Program-made: the position numbers and the translations under genes
Part shown: in pieces, positions 37,665 through 47,515 of the stretch
Layout of the letters: every line of letters begins with the position of its first letter
How positions within the stretch are numbered: the stretch's first letter is position 1
Notes under the pieces: model-generated
What the model saw: the letters and a program-made list of their open reading frames with translations, nothing else
Told to the model about the DNA's origin: nothing
The model's database searches: none
Assembly (NCBI GenBank): GCA_965215015.1
Contig: OZ244042.1
Location: forward strand, 2,848,001-2,912,000
Length of the DNA stretch: 64,000 nt
DNA from: Candidatus Poribacteria bacterium
GTDB lineage: Bacteria; Poribacteria; WGA-4E; PCPOR2b
Direction of reading: 5' to 3'

Positions 37665-38285
37665 TTGCCTGTTAGCGCATCTGGTAGCGTTCCGCTAACA
37701 GAGAGGCTAACAAGCGAGGATGAGGTGCCAGTAGCCGTTGACTGCGAGTCGATGGTTGTTAGTAGCGGACAAAAAATGTCTGAATCAGGATTAAATGTTA
37801 GGCTATCCCCGGCAGCACTCAGCCTGCTCAAACGGTTGATCCGTGAAAGGGATTTGGTGTATCGGGGGATGGGCTTAGGTGGCTTTGACTTGAAGATTGA
37901 CGGCGTAGGGGCGGAGGTACTGGCCTCCTATATAGACCATCTGACACGGTGCCGTCCTGAGATGTTAGCAAAAGCTGTAGCGATACGGGACGCTAAAAAA
38001 AATCTGAATCATAATCAGGATTCTCAGGATTAGAGGATTTTCAGGAGCTTGTTAGCGGAACGCTAACAGGCGAAGCTTGTCTGAATCAAGATTCTCAAGA
38101 TTAAAGGATTTTCAGGATAAGGATTTACTGGGATAACAATCTTCCTGATTCAGACATTCACGCCCGTTAGAAGTTGGTAAGGCCTCTAATAACCGAATGA
38201 GGCATACCCCCCCCTCCTGAAAATCCTTTAATCCTGACGCTTGTTAGCGTTCCGCTAACAAGCCATCCTGATTCAGACATTTTTG
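37665..38285. repeat. Cluster of nested AATCCT-family and TGTTAG/CTAACA palindromic repeats
   Basis: Multiple tgtctgaatcaRgatt / tcctgattcagaca units; gcttgttagcggaacgctaacaggc (38047) and gcttgttagcgttccgctaacaagc (38239). Confidence 0.8.
37776..38033 (+). CDS. Small hypothetical protein embedded in repeats
   Basis: ORF-track segment MSESGLNVRLSPAALSLLKRLIRERD...; both ends lie in repeat sequence. Confidence 0.35.
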   Translation: MSESGLNVRLSPAALSLLKRLIRERDLVYRGMGLGGFDLKIDGVGAEVLASYIDHLTRCRPEMLAKAVAIRDAKKNLNHNQDSQD

Positions 38286-38324
38286 TATGCTACTAATAAC
38301 CGTTATCTAGGAGTGAACGGTGAA

Positions 38325-39596
38325 CCGCCTGTATTGTGGGAACACTGGCATTGCTAAACGGGCTGCACTTTATTTTTCCTGTTATCCCCGAACTTCGGAC
38401 ACGGATCCGGAGTTTCCAGCTGTTTACCGAATAATCCCTGGAATGCCATGGGGCGAATTCCCCTCTCGTTCTACCCATTTGCCATCGGACTCGGATTTTT
38501 TATTCCGCTTGATCTATCGTTTTCGTGTTGGTTTTTCTTTTGGTTTTGGCGGTTGATGCGCGTTGCTGGGACGGTAATGGGCTTACGAAGTCTGCCGCAC
38601 TTTCCTTACATGAGAGAACAGGCATCGGGGGGCTATATCGCGCTTGCTGTCGTTGCGCTCTGGGCAAGCCGCAGGCACTTGACAGCGGCCATTAGAAAGG
38701 CGTTCGGTGGAGCAGGGGGGCTGGATGATTCAAACGAACCGATGGGCTATCGTGCGGCGGTGTTGGGACTAATCGGGGTGATGGTGTTCCTTGTCTGTTT
38801 CTGCTATCGCGGTGGAGCAACGGTAGCCATCACGATCAGTTTCTTCTGCTTCTATTACGCTATCTCCATCGCCATTACCCGTATGCGAGCGGAGTTAGGG
38901 ACACCTGTCCATGACCTGCACTATTCTGGTCCCGACGAAATCCTCACACGAACAATCGGCACGCGAACGCTGGGGCGCGGGAATCTGGTAATGTTTTCAA
39001 TGTTTTGGTTCATCAATCGAGCCTATCGCAGCCATCCGATGCCGCATCAACTGGAAGGGTTCAAAATGGCGGAGCGAACACGCATGAATCTGCGGCACCT
39101 CGCACTTGCACTGATGCTTGCCGCATTGCTCGGCTCACTCTCCGGCTTTTGGGCACTGATTGATCGTGGCTATCGCCTGGGAATGGAAACGCGTGCCTTT
39201 TGGCCCTCGTTGAGTGCCTTCGGCATCGAACCGTATCGACGGCTTGACCGTTGGCTGAGTACACCGACAGATACATTGATTGCTGAGAGTGGCTTCATGG
39301 TCTGCGATTTTATTATCGCCAGTTTCCTGATGCTCTTCCGCATGCGGTTTGTGGGGTGGCCCCTCCATCCCGCCGGTTTTGCTATCTCGACGAGCTGGGG
39401 GATGAATGTGACATGGAGTTGTCTTTTTATCAGTTGGCTCATCAAGTGGCTGCTATTGCGGCATGGTGGAATTGGGCTGCATCGTCGCGTTGCTCCCTTC
39501 TTCTTGGGGCTTATTCTCGGTGAGTTCACTGTTGATAGTCTCTGGACAATCTTCGGTATTCTAGGGAAGATGTCGACCTACGGTTTTTGGGTATGA
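38325..39596 (+). pseudogene. 3' part of the split DUF6785/DUF6784-like membrane protein gene, frameshifted near 38431
   Basis: ACIVGTLALLNGLHFIFPVIPEL...FTE*, then after a frameshift PWNAMGRIPLSFYPFAIG...TRMRAELG...WPLHPAGF...PFFLGLILGEF. Confidence 0.75.
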
Positions 39597-39659
39597 GGCA
39601 TAGGAACAGGTCTGAACCGCCGATTGATACAGCGTATTGGATTTTGTTAATTTTAGCAG

Positions 39660-39826
39660 TAGTCTCCTTTAGGGTTAACCCCCAAAGGTTTACCTTTGGG
39701 GGTAACACACTCGCTTTAGCAGATTTTTACCGTCTGTTAGTGTACTGCTAACAGACAGGATAGAGCCGTTCCACTCCTAAAGGAACAAGTAAGAATCCCA
39801 AGCCTTTAGGGGTGGGAGTAGGTCAA
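39660..39826 (+). mobile_element. IS200/IS605 right-end / omega-RNA remnant
   Basis: gatagagc...taaagga...taagaatcccaagcctttaggggtgggagtaggtcaa, homologous to 12744-12812 and 3931-3967. Upstream hairpin cccccaaagg/cctttggggg. Confidence 0.75.
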
Positions 39827-39827
39827 T

Positions 39828-39896
39828 GATAACCTACACCGCTATGTCAAAGGAGAACCGCTGATCAACGTAGCGTACAAGGAAAAGGGGTATTAA
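39828..39896 (+). pseudogene. 3' stub of a D-2-hydroxyacid dehydrogenase gene
   Basis: DNLHRYVKGEPLINVAYKEKGY* matches the typical C-terminal ENLxRYxxGEPLxNxVDxxxGY motif. Confidence 0.6.
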
Positions 39897-39905
39897 ACAA
39901 TTCAT

Positions 39906-40652
39906 TTACCGCGTAGAGATTGTGCCCCGAACATACGAAGCAGCGTCGGACGCGAGGAATGTCAGCACACGGGCAACTCCCTCCGGTTCACCTAAAGATG
40001 TGCGGGCATTTTCAACTGCTGCTTCGGGGGAGCTGCCTGTTCGTTCAGCGGATTCGGCGATTTGTCGGAGTTTCAGGGGGGTTGCAATACTACCGGGACA
40101 GATTGTGTGAACGCGGATATTAAGTGGCGCCAGCTGTGGTGTGATAGTTAATACCATCCCATTGACACCGCCCTTGCTTGAACCGTAAGCCACCGATGAG
40201 CTGCCGCCGTGCACACCGGCACCGGAAGCGATGCACAATATCACGCCACCACCGCTTCGTTCCATAATTGGCACAGCGTGCTTAACCGATAGAAAAGTAC
40301 CTCTGAGATTTGTATTAATAACCGACTCAAACACCGCTTGCTCAAATTCATCTACCCGGATGCTTGGACCGCTCAAGATGCCCGCGGAGGTTACCAGCAC
40401 GTTGAGCTGACCAAAAGCTTCGTCCGCTATTTTCATTAGATTGGCGACTTCGGATTCTACGTTGACATCGGTGCGGACAAATTGGGCGATGCCACCTTCA
40501 GATTGAATAGTTGCTACCGTTTGTTCACCGCCTTCGACGTTTATATCGCCAACGACGACCTTCGCACCCGCTCGGGCATAGAGAATTGCTGATGCTGCGC
40601 CGATTCCCGTTGCTCCCCCGGCAATCACAGCGGCTTTGTTTGTTAACTCCAT
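39906..40652 (-). CDS. Short-chain dehydrogenase/reductase
   Basis: AGGATGIG and YGSSK (YxxxK) motifs. Confidence 0.92.
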   Translation of the reverse strand: MELTNKAAVIAGGATGIGAASAILYARAGAKVVVGDINVEGGEQTVATIQSEGGIAQFVRTDVNVESEVANLMKIADEAFGQLNVLVTSAGILSGPSIRVDEFEQAVFESVINTNLRGTFLSVKHAVPIMERSGGGVILCIASGAGVHGGSSSVAYGSSKGGVNGMVLTITPQLAPLNIRVHTICPGSIATPLKLRQIAESAERTGSSPEAAVENARTSLGEPEGVARVLTFLASDAASYVRGTISTR

Positions 40653-40853
40653 ATCTTTCTCCTAATTAGTAAGATTTGAGAAATAGTGCGTTTGGAATTG
40701 TAGCACGGTGGGTATCTGTTGTCAATTTGTAAGTTAAGCTCGGAGATTTCCTTGTCCGGCGGCTTAACACATGATAAAATGGTATCTATCAATACAATTT
40801 TTTAGAAGGCTTATAACCTTTCATGTCCCGTATTAATCGGATCTGGAGGAAAA

Positions 40854-41378
40854 ATGCAGATAGCTTATAAAGATATATTACCGAAGATTCACTCCTCTGC
40901 GTTCATTGCCCCCGGTGCAATGATTATCGGTGCCGTTACCATTGGTGAAGAAGCGAGTGTCTGGTTTAACTGTGTTTTGCGAGGTGATTTGGAATACATC
41001 GAGGTCGGTGAGCGCACGAACATTCAAGATGGTACGGTTGTGCATCTTGATCCGGGCTTTCCCTGTGTGATCGGAGCCGATGTCACAATCGGTCATGGGG
41101 CAATCGTTCATGGCTGCACAGTTGGCGATGGTGCAATGATTTCAATGGGAGCAACAATCCTGACGGGTGCCAAGATTGGTGATCGGGCAATCATCGCCGC
41201 GGGTGCAGTTGTACGAGAAGGCCAGGAAATTCCACCGGACGCATTGGCAATGGGAATTCCAGCACAAGTTAGGCGAGAGGTTACTGAGGCAGATTTGGAG
41301 CGTGTACGGCTTGGACGGGAGGGGTACGTTGCGCGGGGACAGTTGATGCGGCAGTCGTTGAGCGAGCGTACCAATTAG
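40854..41378 (+). CDS. Gamma-carbonic anhydrase family (hexapeptide repeat) protein
   Basis: VLRGD, NIQDGTVVH and TIGHGAIVHGC motifs. Confidence 0.92.
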   Translation: MQIAYKDILPKIHSSAFIAPGAMIIGAVTIGEEASVWFNCVLRGDLEYIEVGERTNIQDGTVVHLDPGFPCVIGADVTIGHGAIVHGCTVGDGAMISMGATILTGAKIGDRAIIAAGAVVREGQEIPPDALAMGIPAQVRREVTEADLERVRLGREGYVARGQLMRQSLSERTN

Positions 41379-41434
41379 TAACAAATCAGATGTGCTGACG
41401 CAGCTGGGGCAAGGGAACGGGTCTCGTACTGCAC

Positions 41435-43165
41435 TTAGCAGGCACCACATTTCTTACAAACGGTGGTATCGCACGGACTCGTCATGAACCGCTTTTCGTG
41501 CTTATTGTGTTCGAGGCGTAGAAACTCTGGCTTGACATTTAGATCGAGGTAATCCCACGGATTGAACTCACCGATAGAACGTGGACGCAGGGCGTAAAAA
41601 TCGGGATCCAAACCATGTTTGCGGAAGGTGGCTTTCCACGCTCGCCCTTTGGCAAGATCCAAAATAACCCGACTCAGTCGTCGGTCGCCTCTGGCAAATA
41701 CTGCTTCCTGATACGCAAGTCGTGCGCTTGCTGAAGAGAACTTCATTCCACCAATGCGTCCCAACTCTTTTTTTAGGAAGGTGAGTTTGCGAGAGATTGT
41801 CTTCGGATCTTCCATCGCAACCCATTGGAAGGGCGTGTGGGGTTTAGGGACCATCGGCGAAATGGTGAAACCGATCCGTGCCATCCGTCCAGACTTTTTG
41901 GCGTAAGGGAGAATAATAGATCGCATCTCCGTCGCCATGTCAACAATGGCTTCAACATCGGCGGAGGTTTCGTGGGGCACACCAATTAAGAAATAGAGGC
42001 GGAGGTTGAGGATGTCCCGTTTGACAGCTTCTTCGAGGACATGATATAGACGTTCACGGGGGATTGCTTTGTTGACAACTTTTTGTAGATTTTCGGTGGC
42101 GACTTCCGGTGCAATCGTGATGGTGCCTTGTTCGCTGTCAGCAAGCGCGTCGAGCAAGGGGGGACGAACGGTTTCTGCCCGCAGGGAAGCACAGGAGATG
42201 CGGAAGCCTCTCTCTACCAAGCCTGTCGCAATCTTATCGATATCCGGGTGATCTGAGATTGACGCTCCGACTAGACCGATCCGGTCCGTGATACCACGGG
42301 CTTGTTCGGCGAGTTGAAGCGTGTTCTCTACAGATCGATGTCTTGGCCATCGCCGAGCATAGTCCGCCACGCAAAAGCGGCATTGCCGCCCGCAGCCACG
42401 TACAATCTCAATCAGGTGTGCGTTAGAAAATTCCGTATTCGGTGTAAAGATTTTCGTACAAGTTTCGGCGTCATCAAGGCTCGGAATCGCCCCAGAACGG
42501 ATGCGAGCGGGTGCAGGTGATTTTGCTCGCATCTCTTCAATGCCGCCTTCATCATTATAATTGACTTCATAAAAGCGCGGGACATACAGCCCGGGTACTG
42601 TTGCCAGCTCCCATAACAACTCTTCTTTAGATGCTTCTTCCTCCTTCCACTTCCCAAAAATATCCATAAGATAATGAATGGTCATCTCTGCTTCGCCAAC
42701 AACAAAAACATCAATGAAATCGGCAATAGGTTCGGGGTTATAGGAGATATTGATACCGCCCGCAATAACGAGTGGGTCGGCATCCGACCTATCAGCAGCA
42801 AGAGGCTCAAGTCTCGCCATCTCTAGCGTGGTCGGAATATTAACGTAATCCGATTCAAATGAGACGGAAAATCCAAGTAGATCGAACTGATTGAGTGGGG
42901 TTTGTGTTTCAAAGGAAAATAGCGTGGCCCGGCGGTCGTCGAGTTGATGTACCATCCGCGGTTCAGGAAGGAATGCGCGTTCGCAGGAGGTATCCTCGCG
43001 CTGATTGAGGAGAGAGTAGATGACTTGAAGTCCAAGGCTCGACATGCCGAGGGAATAGGCCCCCGGGTAAATCAGCGCAAACCGATTTTCCTTTCTAAAA
43101 TTGAAGGGTGGGCGGTGCTCCGCCTTGAGAAGTTCTCGGTAGGTTTGGCGTAAAACTCGTTGCAT
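41435..43165 (-). CDS. Radical SAM protein with a B12-binding-like N-terminal domain
   Basis: GMSSLG, CERAF, EIVRGCGRQCRFC (CxxxCxxC), PKPHTPFQW and a C-terminal CxxCGAC. Confidence 0.9.
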   Translation of the reverse strand: MQRVLRQTYRELLKAEHRPPFNFRKENRFALIYPGAYSLGMSSLGLQVIYSLLNQREDTSCERAFLPEPRMVHQLDDRRATLFSFETQTPLNQFDLLGFSVSFESDYVNIPTTLEMARLEPLAADRSDADPLVIAGGINISYNPEPIADFIDVFVVGEAEMTIHYLMDIFGKWKEEEASKEELLWELATVPGLYVPRFYEVNYNDEGGIEEMRAKSPAPARIRSGAIPSLDDAETCTKIFTPNTEFSNAHLIEIVRGCGRQCRFCVADYARRWPRHRSVENTLQLAEQARGITDRIGLVGASISDHPDIDKIATGLVERGFRISCASLRAETVRPPLLDALADSEQGTITIAPEVATENLQKVVNKAIPRERLYHVLEEAVKRDILNLRLYFLIGVPHETSADVEAIVDMATEMRSIILPYAKKSGRMARIGFTISPMVPKPHTPFQWVAMEDPKTISRKLTFLKKELGRIGGMKFSSASARLAYQEAVFARGDRRLSRVILDLAKGRAWKATFRKHGLDPDFYALRPRSIGEFNPWDYLDLNVKPEFLRLEHNKHEKRFMTSPCDTTVCKKCGAC

Positions 43166-43188
43166 AACAATTTTGGCGAGGCCACCCC

Positions 43189-44442
43189 CTATTTTTTGTC
43201 CTTCATATTGCGGACTCGCAAAAACGCTGGGATATCCAGTAAATCCTCATCATCTGTCGCAATGTCAGGTTTGACTACACCACTTTTGGGTTGCTCTGGC
43301 ATCGCCTGTGCCCCCGGCGCAAATGAATCTGACCGTCCTCTATCATAATTGGTTTGCCTTGCGTCTCCTGAACCACGTGCCCCCCGGTCAACCCGTGGGA
43401 AATTACGTCCCAAGAACTCTTCCAGATTCACAATATCGGCTTGCCCTGCTGCCTGCCTATTGCTTCGAGTTTGTGGGTCAAATCCTGTTGCGATTACAGT
43501 CACACGTAGTTCGTCTTCCAAACTGTCGTCATAAGCCAGCCCAAAAATTACTTGCTCTGTATCCGAAGCCTCCCGGATAACCTCCATGGCATCTTCCAAT
43601 TCGTGCATCGCCATGTCGCTCGGCCCCGTGATATTCACGATAATTCCTGTTGCGCCCTCAATGGAGTTTTCTTCCAACAATGGCGAGAGGATAGCTCGTT
43701 TTGCTGCACCTTGGGCACGATTGTCGCCTGTTCCGGCACCAATTCCCATCAATGCCCCCCCCGCTTTAGACATAATCGTTCTGACATCGGCAAAGTCAAG
43801 ATTAATTTCGCCAGGGACCATAATCAGATCGGAAATACTCTGGACAGCGTGTAGTAAGATTTGATCTCCCATCCGAAATCCCATTTGTATCGGCATATTC
43901 CGATCCGCTTCCTCAATAAGGCGTTGGTTCGGAATAACAATAACGGAGTCAGTGTTCTCGCGCATCTCATTTACACCTGCTTCCGCTTGGATGGCTCGCC
44001 GCCTTCCCTCAAAGGTAAATGGACGTGTAACAACACCGATTGTCAAGGCTTCCGTCTCCGTGGCAAGGTTTGCAATGATAGGGGCTGCGCCTGTGCCGGT
44101 ACCGCCTCCCATGCCTGCGGTAACGAATACCATATCCGCGTCTTCGACAATACTTCGGAGGTTTTCCTTGCTCTCCTCTGCTGCCTTACGTCCTACCTCC
44201 GGGTTCGATCCAGCACCGAGCCCTCCTGTTGTATTTTCGCCAATCTTCACCCGGGTTGCATTATGACACGTTCTTAGTGCCTGAACATCGGTATTGACTA
44301 CATAGAATTCCACACCCGCTAATTCGGCCTCAATCATGCGCCGGACAGCGTTGCTTCCGCCGCCGCCAACACCGATGACTTTAATACGAGCGACATTTGC
44401 AAATTCATCCTGTTCAACAAATTCGATCACATTATCATTCAT
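43189..44442 (-). CDS. ftsZ: Cell division protein FtsZ
   Basis: GVGGGGSNA, GGGTGTG tubulin signature, NLDFAD and C-terminal LDIPAFLR. Confidence 0.99.
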   Translation of the reverse strand: MNDNVIEFVEQDEFANVARIKVIGVGGGGSNAVRRMIEAELAGVEFYVVNTDVQALRTCHNATRVKIGENTTGGLGAGSNPEVGRKAAEESKENLRSIVEDADMVFVTAGMGGGTGTGAAPIIANLATETEALTIGVVTRPFTFEGRRRAIQAEAGVNEMRENTDSVIVIPNQRLIEEADRNMPIQMGFRMGDQILLHAVQSISDLIMVPGEINLDFADVRTIMSKAGGALMGIGAGTGDNRAQGAAKRAILSPLLEENSIEGATGIIVNITGPSDMAMHELEDAMEVIREASDTEQVIFGLAYDDSLEDELRVTVIATGFDPQTRSNRQAAGQADIVNLEEFLGRNFPRVDRGARGSGDARQTNYDRGRSDSFAPGAQAMPEQPKSGVVKPDIATDDEDLLDIPAFLRVRNMKDKK

Positions 44443-44899
44443 GATTTTCGGTTAGACTCCTGTTGACGAAGTAACCTAATTCCTCCTTTGTCTTATACAT
44501 ACCCGAGCGTCAAGATGTGAGTGCAACGCGGCCTAAAATCTGACCATCTCTAAACTCCACCTGGTAAACCGAAAATCCGAATCTCATGAGCACGGGTTGA
44601 TTTCTCCCATACTTATAGGAATTTGGCTCTCGTGTGGGGAAGGAGGATTGGGATGACTCAAGACTTGCACCGAAGTGTACTCAATTTTGACATTAGAAAT
44701 TTCTTCCCTACCCAATTTGGCTCCAATTTCAATTCCATCAGAGCGGAATCTTTGGTCAAGCCGGAACCAGCCGGAGCTTGGAAATTGTGAATTCATCTCG
44801 GATCGACGTTTCTATATTTTTAACGGAAAACTACAATACATATCAAAGCAGCAGGCCGCAAACAATGCACGAAACATCTGGGCCACACACTATTTTCAG

Positions 44900-44928
44900 A
44901 TTATAGAGAATCGGTAAATTAAAGTCAA
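44900..44928 (-). promoter_or_regulatory. Internal sigma70 promoter upstream of ftsZ
   Basis: Minus strand TTGACT-N17-TATAAT in the ftsA-ftsZ spacer. Confidence 0.7.
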
Positions 44929-44970
44929 TACTTTTTTGTAGATACTACAAAATCTCGACTGGACTTTGCA

Positions 44971-46212
44971 CTACAACCAATCTTGAAACCAATGTTTCAT
45001 ACGTTTGAAAATTTGATCAAATAGGTTTGTTCCTTTGATGAAGGTCCTTTTGGGGGCCCGGTAGTGTTCCATCGCACCCGCAAGGACAAGCCCAACCCCT
45101 GTTGCATAAACTGGACTGTGTATTTTCTCGGTTAATCCTTTCAGTGGGCAGGGGTACCCAATCCGCACTGGACAAGGAAAAGTCTGTTCAGCAGATTCAA
45201 GCAGCCCATCAAGGAGTGCAGTGCCACCGGTAAGCACGACCCCGGCCGGAATGGTGAGATTGCAATTGTAAATTTCCTGACCAATTAGACTTAAGAATTC
45301 GTCCATACGACACTGAATAATTTCTGCCAGATCTCGTCGAGTGATGAAACGCGGTTTGTGCATACCTCCAACTGTCGAAATCTGAATGGCGTCATTCTGA
45401 TCCACAAAGTCAACCGATGCACAACCGTAGCGCAGTTTAATCTTGTCTGCATCTTGTGGTGTTATTTTTAACAGTTGTGCGATATCATTGGTGATATGAT
45501 GCCCGCCCAGTGAGAGCACTGCGGAATGATGGAGAGCACCGTCCTTATAAACGACCACATCTGTGGTTCCTCCACCCATGTCGGCGAGCGCAACGCCCGC
45601 TGCTTTTTCCTCAGTGGTCAAGACTGCTTCCGCGGAGGCGATAGGTTCTAAAATAATATCTTCAACAGAAACCCCCGCATTATAAATACTTTTGACAAGG
45701 TTTTGTGCGGATGCCACGGCCCCGGTAATGATGTGAACATAAGCTTCAAGACGAACTCCAGACATACCGACTGGATCTTTAATACCATCCTGATCATCAA
45801 CGATAAAACCTTGTGGAACCACATGAAGGATCTCCCGTTCAACAGGAATTTTCATCGCTTGGGCAGCGTTGATTGCGCGTTCGACATCGGACTGTGTAAT
45901 CTCGTGTCCTTCTCCTGACACTGCAACGAGTCCGTGGGAAGTTTGTCCGGTGATATGTCCACCTGCAATGCCGGCATATACAGATCCAATCTGCACGCCT
46001 GCCATGAGTTCAGCGATTTCAATGGCTTGACGAATCCCCGTTGTTGTGAGATCTATATCAACAACAACCCCCTTCCGCAACCCTTCGGAAGGGGCGGTTC
46101 CAACACCTATTATTTCAATTTTTTCTGGATCGCCCTGCCAAGTATTCCCGATAATAGCAGCAATTTTGCTAGTACCGATATCTAGGCCAACGATGATCTC
46201 TTCTGCCGCCAT
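44971..46212 (-). CDS. ftsA: Cell division protein FtsA
   Basis: GLDIGTSKI, GLRKGVVVD, DMGGGTTD and VLTGGTA motifs. Confidence 0.98.
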   Translation of the reverse strand: MAAEEIIVGLDIGTSKIAAIIGNTWQGDPEKIEIIGVGTAPSEGLRKGVVVDIDLTTTGIRQAIEIAELMAGVQIGSVYAGIAGGHITGQTSHGLVAVSGEGHEITQSDVERAINAAQAMKIPVEREILHVVPQGFIVDDQDGIKDPVGMSGVRLEAYVHIITGAVASAQNLVKSIYNAGVSVEDIILEPIASAEAVLTTEEKAAGVALADMGGGTTDVVVYKDGALHHSAVLSLGGHHITNDIAQLLKITPQDADKIKLRYGCASVDFVDQNDAIQISTVGGMHKPRFITRRDLAEIIQCRMDEFLSLIGQEIYNCNLTIPAGVVLTGGTALLDGLLESAEQTFPCPVRIGYPCPLKGLTEKIHSPVYATGVGLVLAGAMEHYRAPKRTFIKGTNLFDQIFKRMKHWFQDWL

Positions 46213-46213
46213 C

Positions 46214-47053
46214 TTATTGCCCTCCCCAATATATAGCGTCTTCAAACCGAGCGTCCAAATAGCCATTCAGAGGATTTGGAGCGTGTTGTCCTTTCTTCAT
46301 AAGCGCCGGTTGATTTTTCATAAATAGATTAATGTGATAAATGCCAGTTTTAATCAAATCCGATGAAATCCATGCTATAGGAATATTGCTGAATTCGAGA
46401 GTTATCTTATCCGGGTGATTTGCATCAATTTTTTGTAGCGTAGGGACAATCTCCGGTGTTAGATTCAGCACTAAGTTGAGCACATTCAGGGCAAGTTGAA
46501 CACTATCAGAATCAACTCGATCTCCCACGTCGGGAATGTACTGTTCATTACCGATAATCGTAACAACTGAATCGGGAGCTGGTAGGGAGTTTACATATTC
46601 TAACACATACCCCTCAAGGTCAATCAACACCAAGGAAATACGACTATTTTCAGGATATTTCAATAATGCAACAGGTTCTCTTTCAGTTATCTCAAGCTTT
46701 AACGAGCGTTTTAGAATATTTTTTGAAATGTGTGCTTGTTTGACGTAACTCAGTTTTTGTTTGAGACGTTCTTCAATTACAGACCTTGAAATGGTATGTA
46801 CATCACTTTGTCGAGGGCTTAAATCTAAAGCGGCAATCACTTCCTTTTGCGTATAGTGCGCGTTGCCGGAAACGGCAATTTGTTTCACACGAAAGAAACC
46901 AACCTTTAATGTCAAGTAGTGAATGAAAAGCAACCCAATTATACATACTATGCCAATTATTAAATACCGTCCAACATGGCAAGGAGAATCTTCAGGTGCT
47001 GAAAGTAGCCGGTCTTTAAACCGATTAGAAAATTGAAGTGATGAAAATCGCAC
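46214..47053 (-). CDS. ftsQ: Cell division protein FtsQ/DivIB
   Basis: TM helix plus POTRA domain (FRVKQIAVSGN...LEITEREP) and YLDARF; lies directly before ftsA. Confidence 0.85.
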   Translation of the reverse strand: MRFSSLQFSNRFKDRLLSAPEDSPCHVGRYLIIGIVCIIGLLFIHYLTLKVGFFRVKQIAVSGNAHYTQKEVIAALDLSPRQSDVHTISRSVIEERLKQKLSYVKQAHISKNILKRSLKLEITEREPVALLKYPENSRISLVLIDLEGYVLEYVNSLPAPDSVVTIIGNEQYIPDVGDRVDSDSVQLALNVLNLVLNLTPEIVPTLQKIDANHPDKITLEFSNIPIAWISSDLIKTGIYHINLFMKNQPALMKKGQHAPNPLNGYLDARFEDAIYWGGQ

Positions 47054-47317
47054 GAAATATAGACCGAGTAGATGCGTATGTTAGATGTAAATCTCCATAG
47101 CAAATGAAAGCCTGCTCTCGAGCTGCTAAAAAGTAATCCCTATAACATTTTAATCTGGATACCTCTGGGATGGGGCACAGTTTTCACGATCAGGATTCAT
47201 CATAAATCCTTAGAATCTGTTCCGAAGGTTGGTTCTACCAATACCCGGGTAATGACACTTGAATTTATATTTGAGCGGGGCTGCTCGTTTTCTTTTGCTA
47301 GCATCCCGGGTACATCG

Positions 47318-47515
47318 TCAGGCTTGATCTTGATTTGTCGAATCAGAAACATCATTCACCTCCGCCAGATCTTCTTCCTCTTGATATTCTTCGTAAAACT
47401 CAAGGACACAAAGTCGTATGACCTGACTGATGGACATACGTTTGAGCTTGGCATATTTCTTCACGAAATCGTGCAAATCCTTATCCAATCGAAATTGTAC
47501 AACTTGTTTAGCCAT
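47318..47515 (-). CDS. Ribbon-helix-helix (CopG-like) protein with an acidic tail
   Basis: MAKQVVQFRLDKDLHDFVKKYAKLKRMSISQVIRLCV has an RHH pattern. Confidence 0.7.
   Translation of the reverse strand: MAKQVVQFRLDKDLHDFVKKYAKLKRMSISQVIRLCVLEFYEEYQEEEDLAEVNDVSDSTNQDQA

Noticed and set aside
37665-38285. Repeat cluster as a CRISPR array
   Set aside because: Units are nested and inverted with irregular spacing, there are no unique constant-length spacers, and no cas genes are present.
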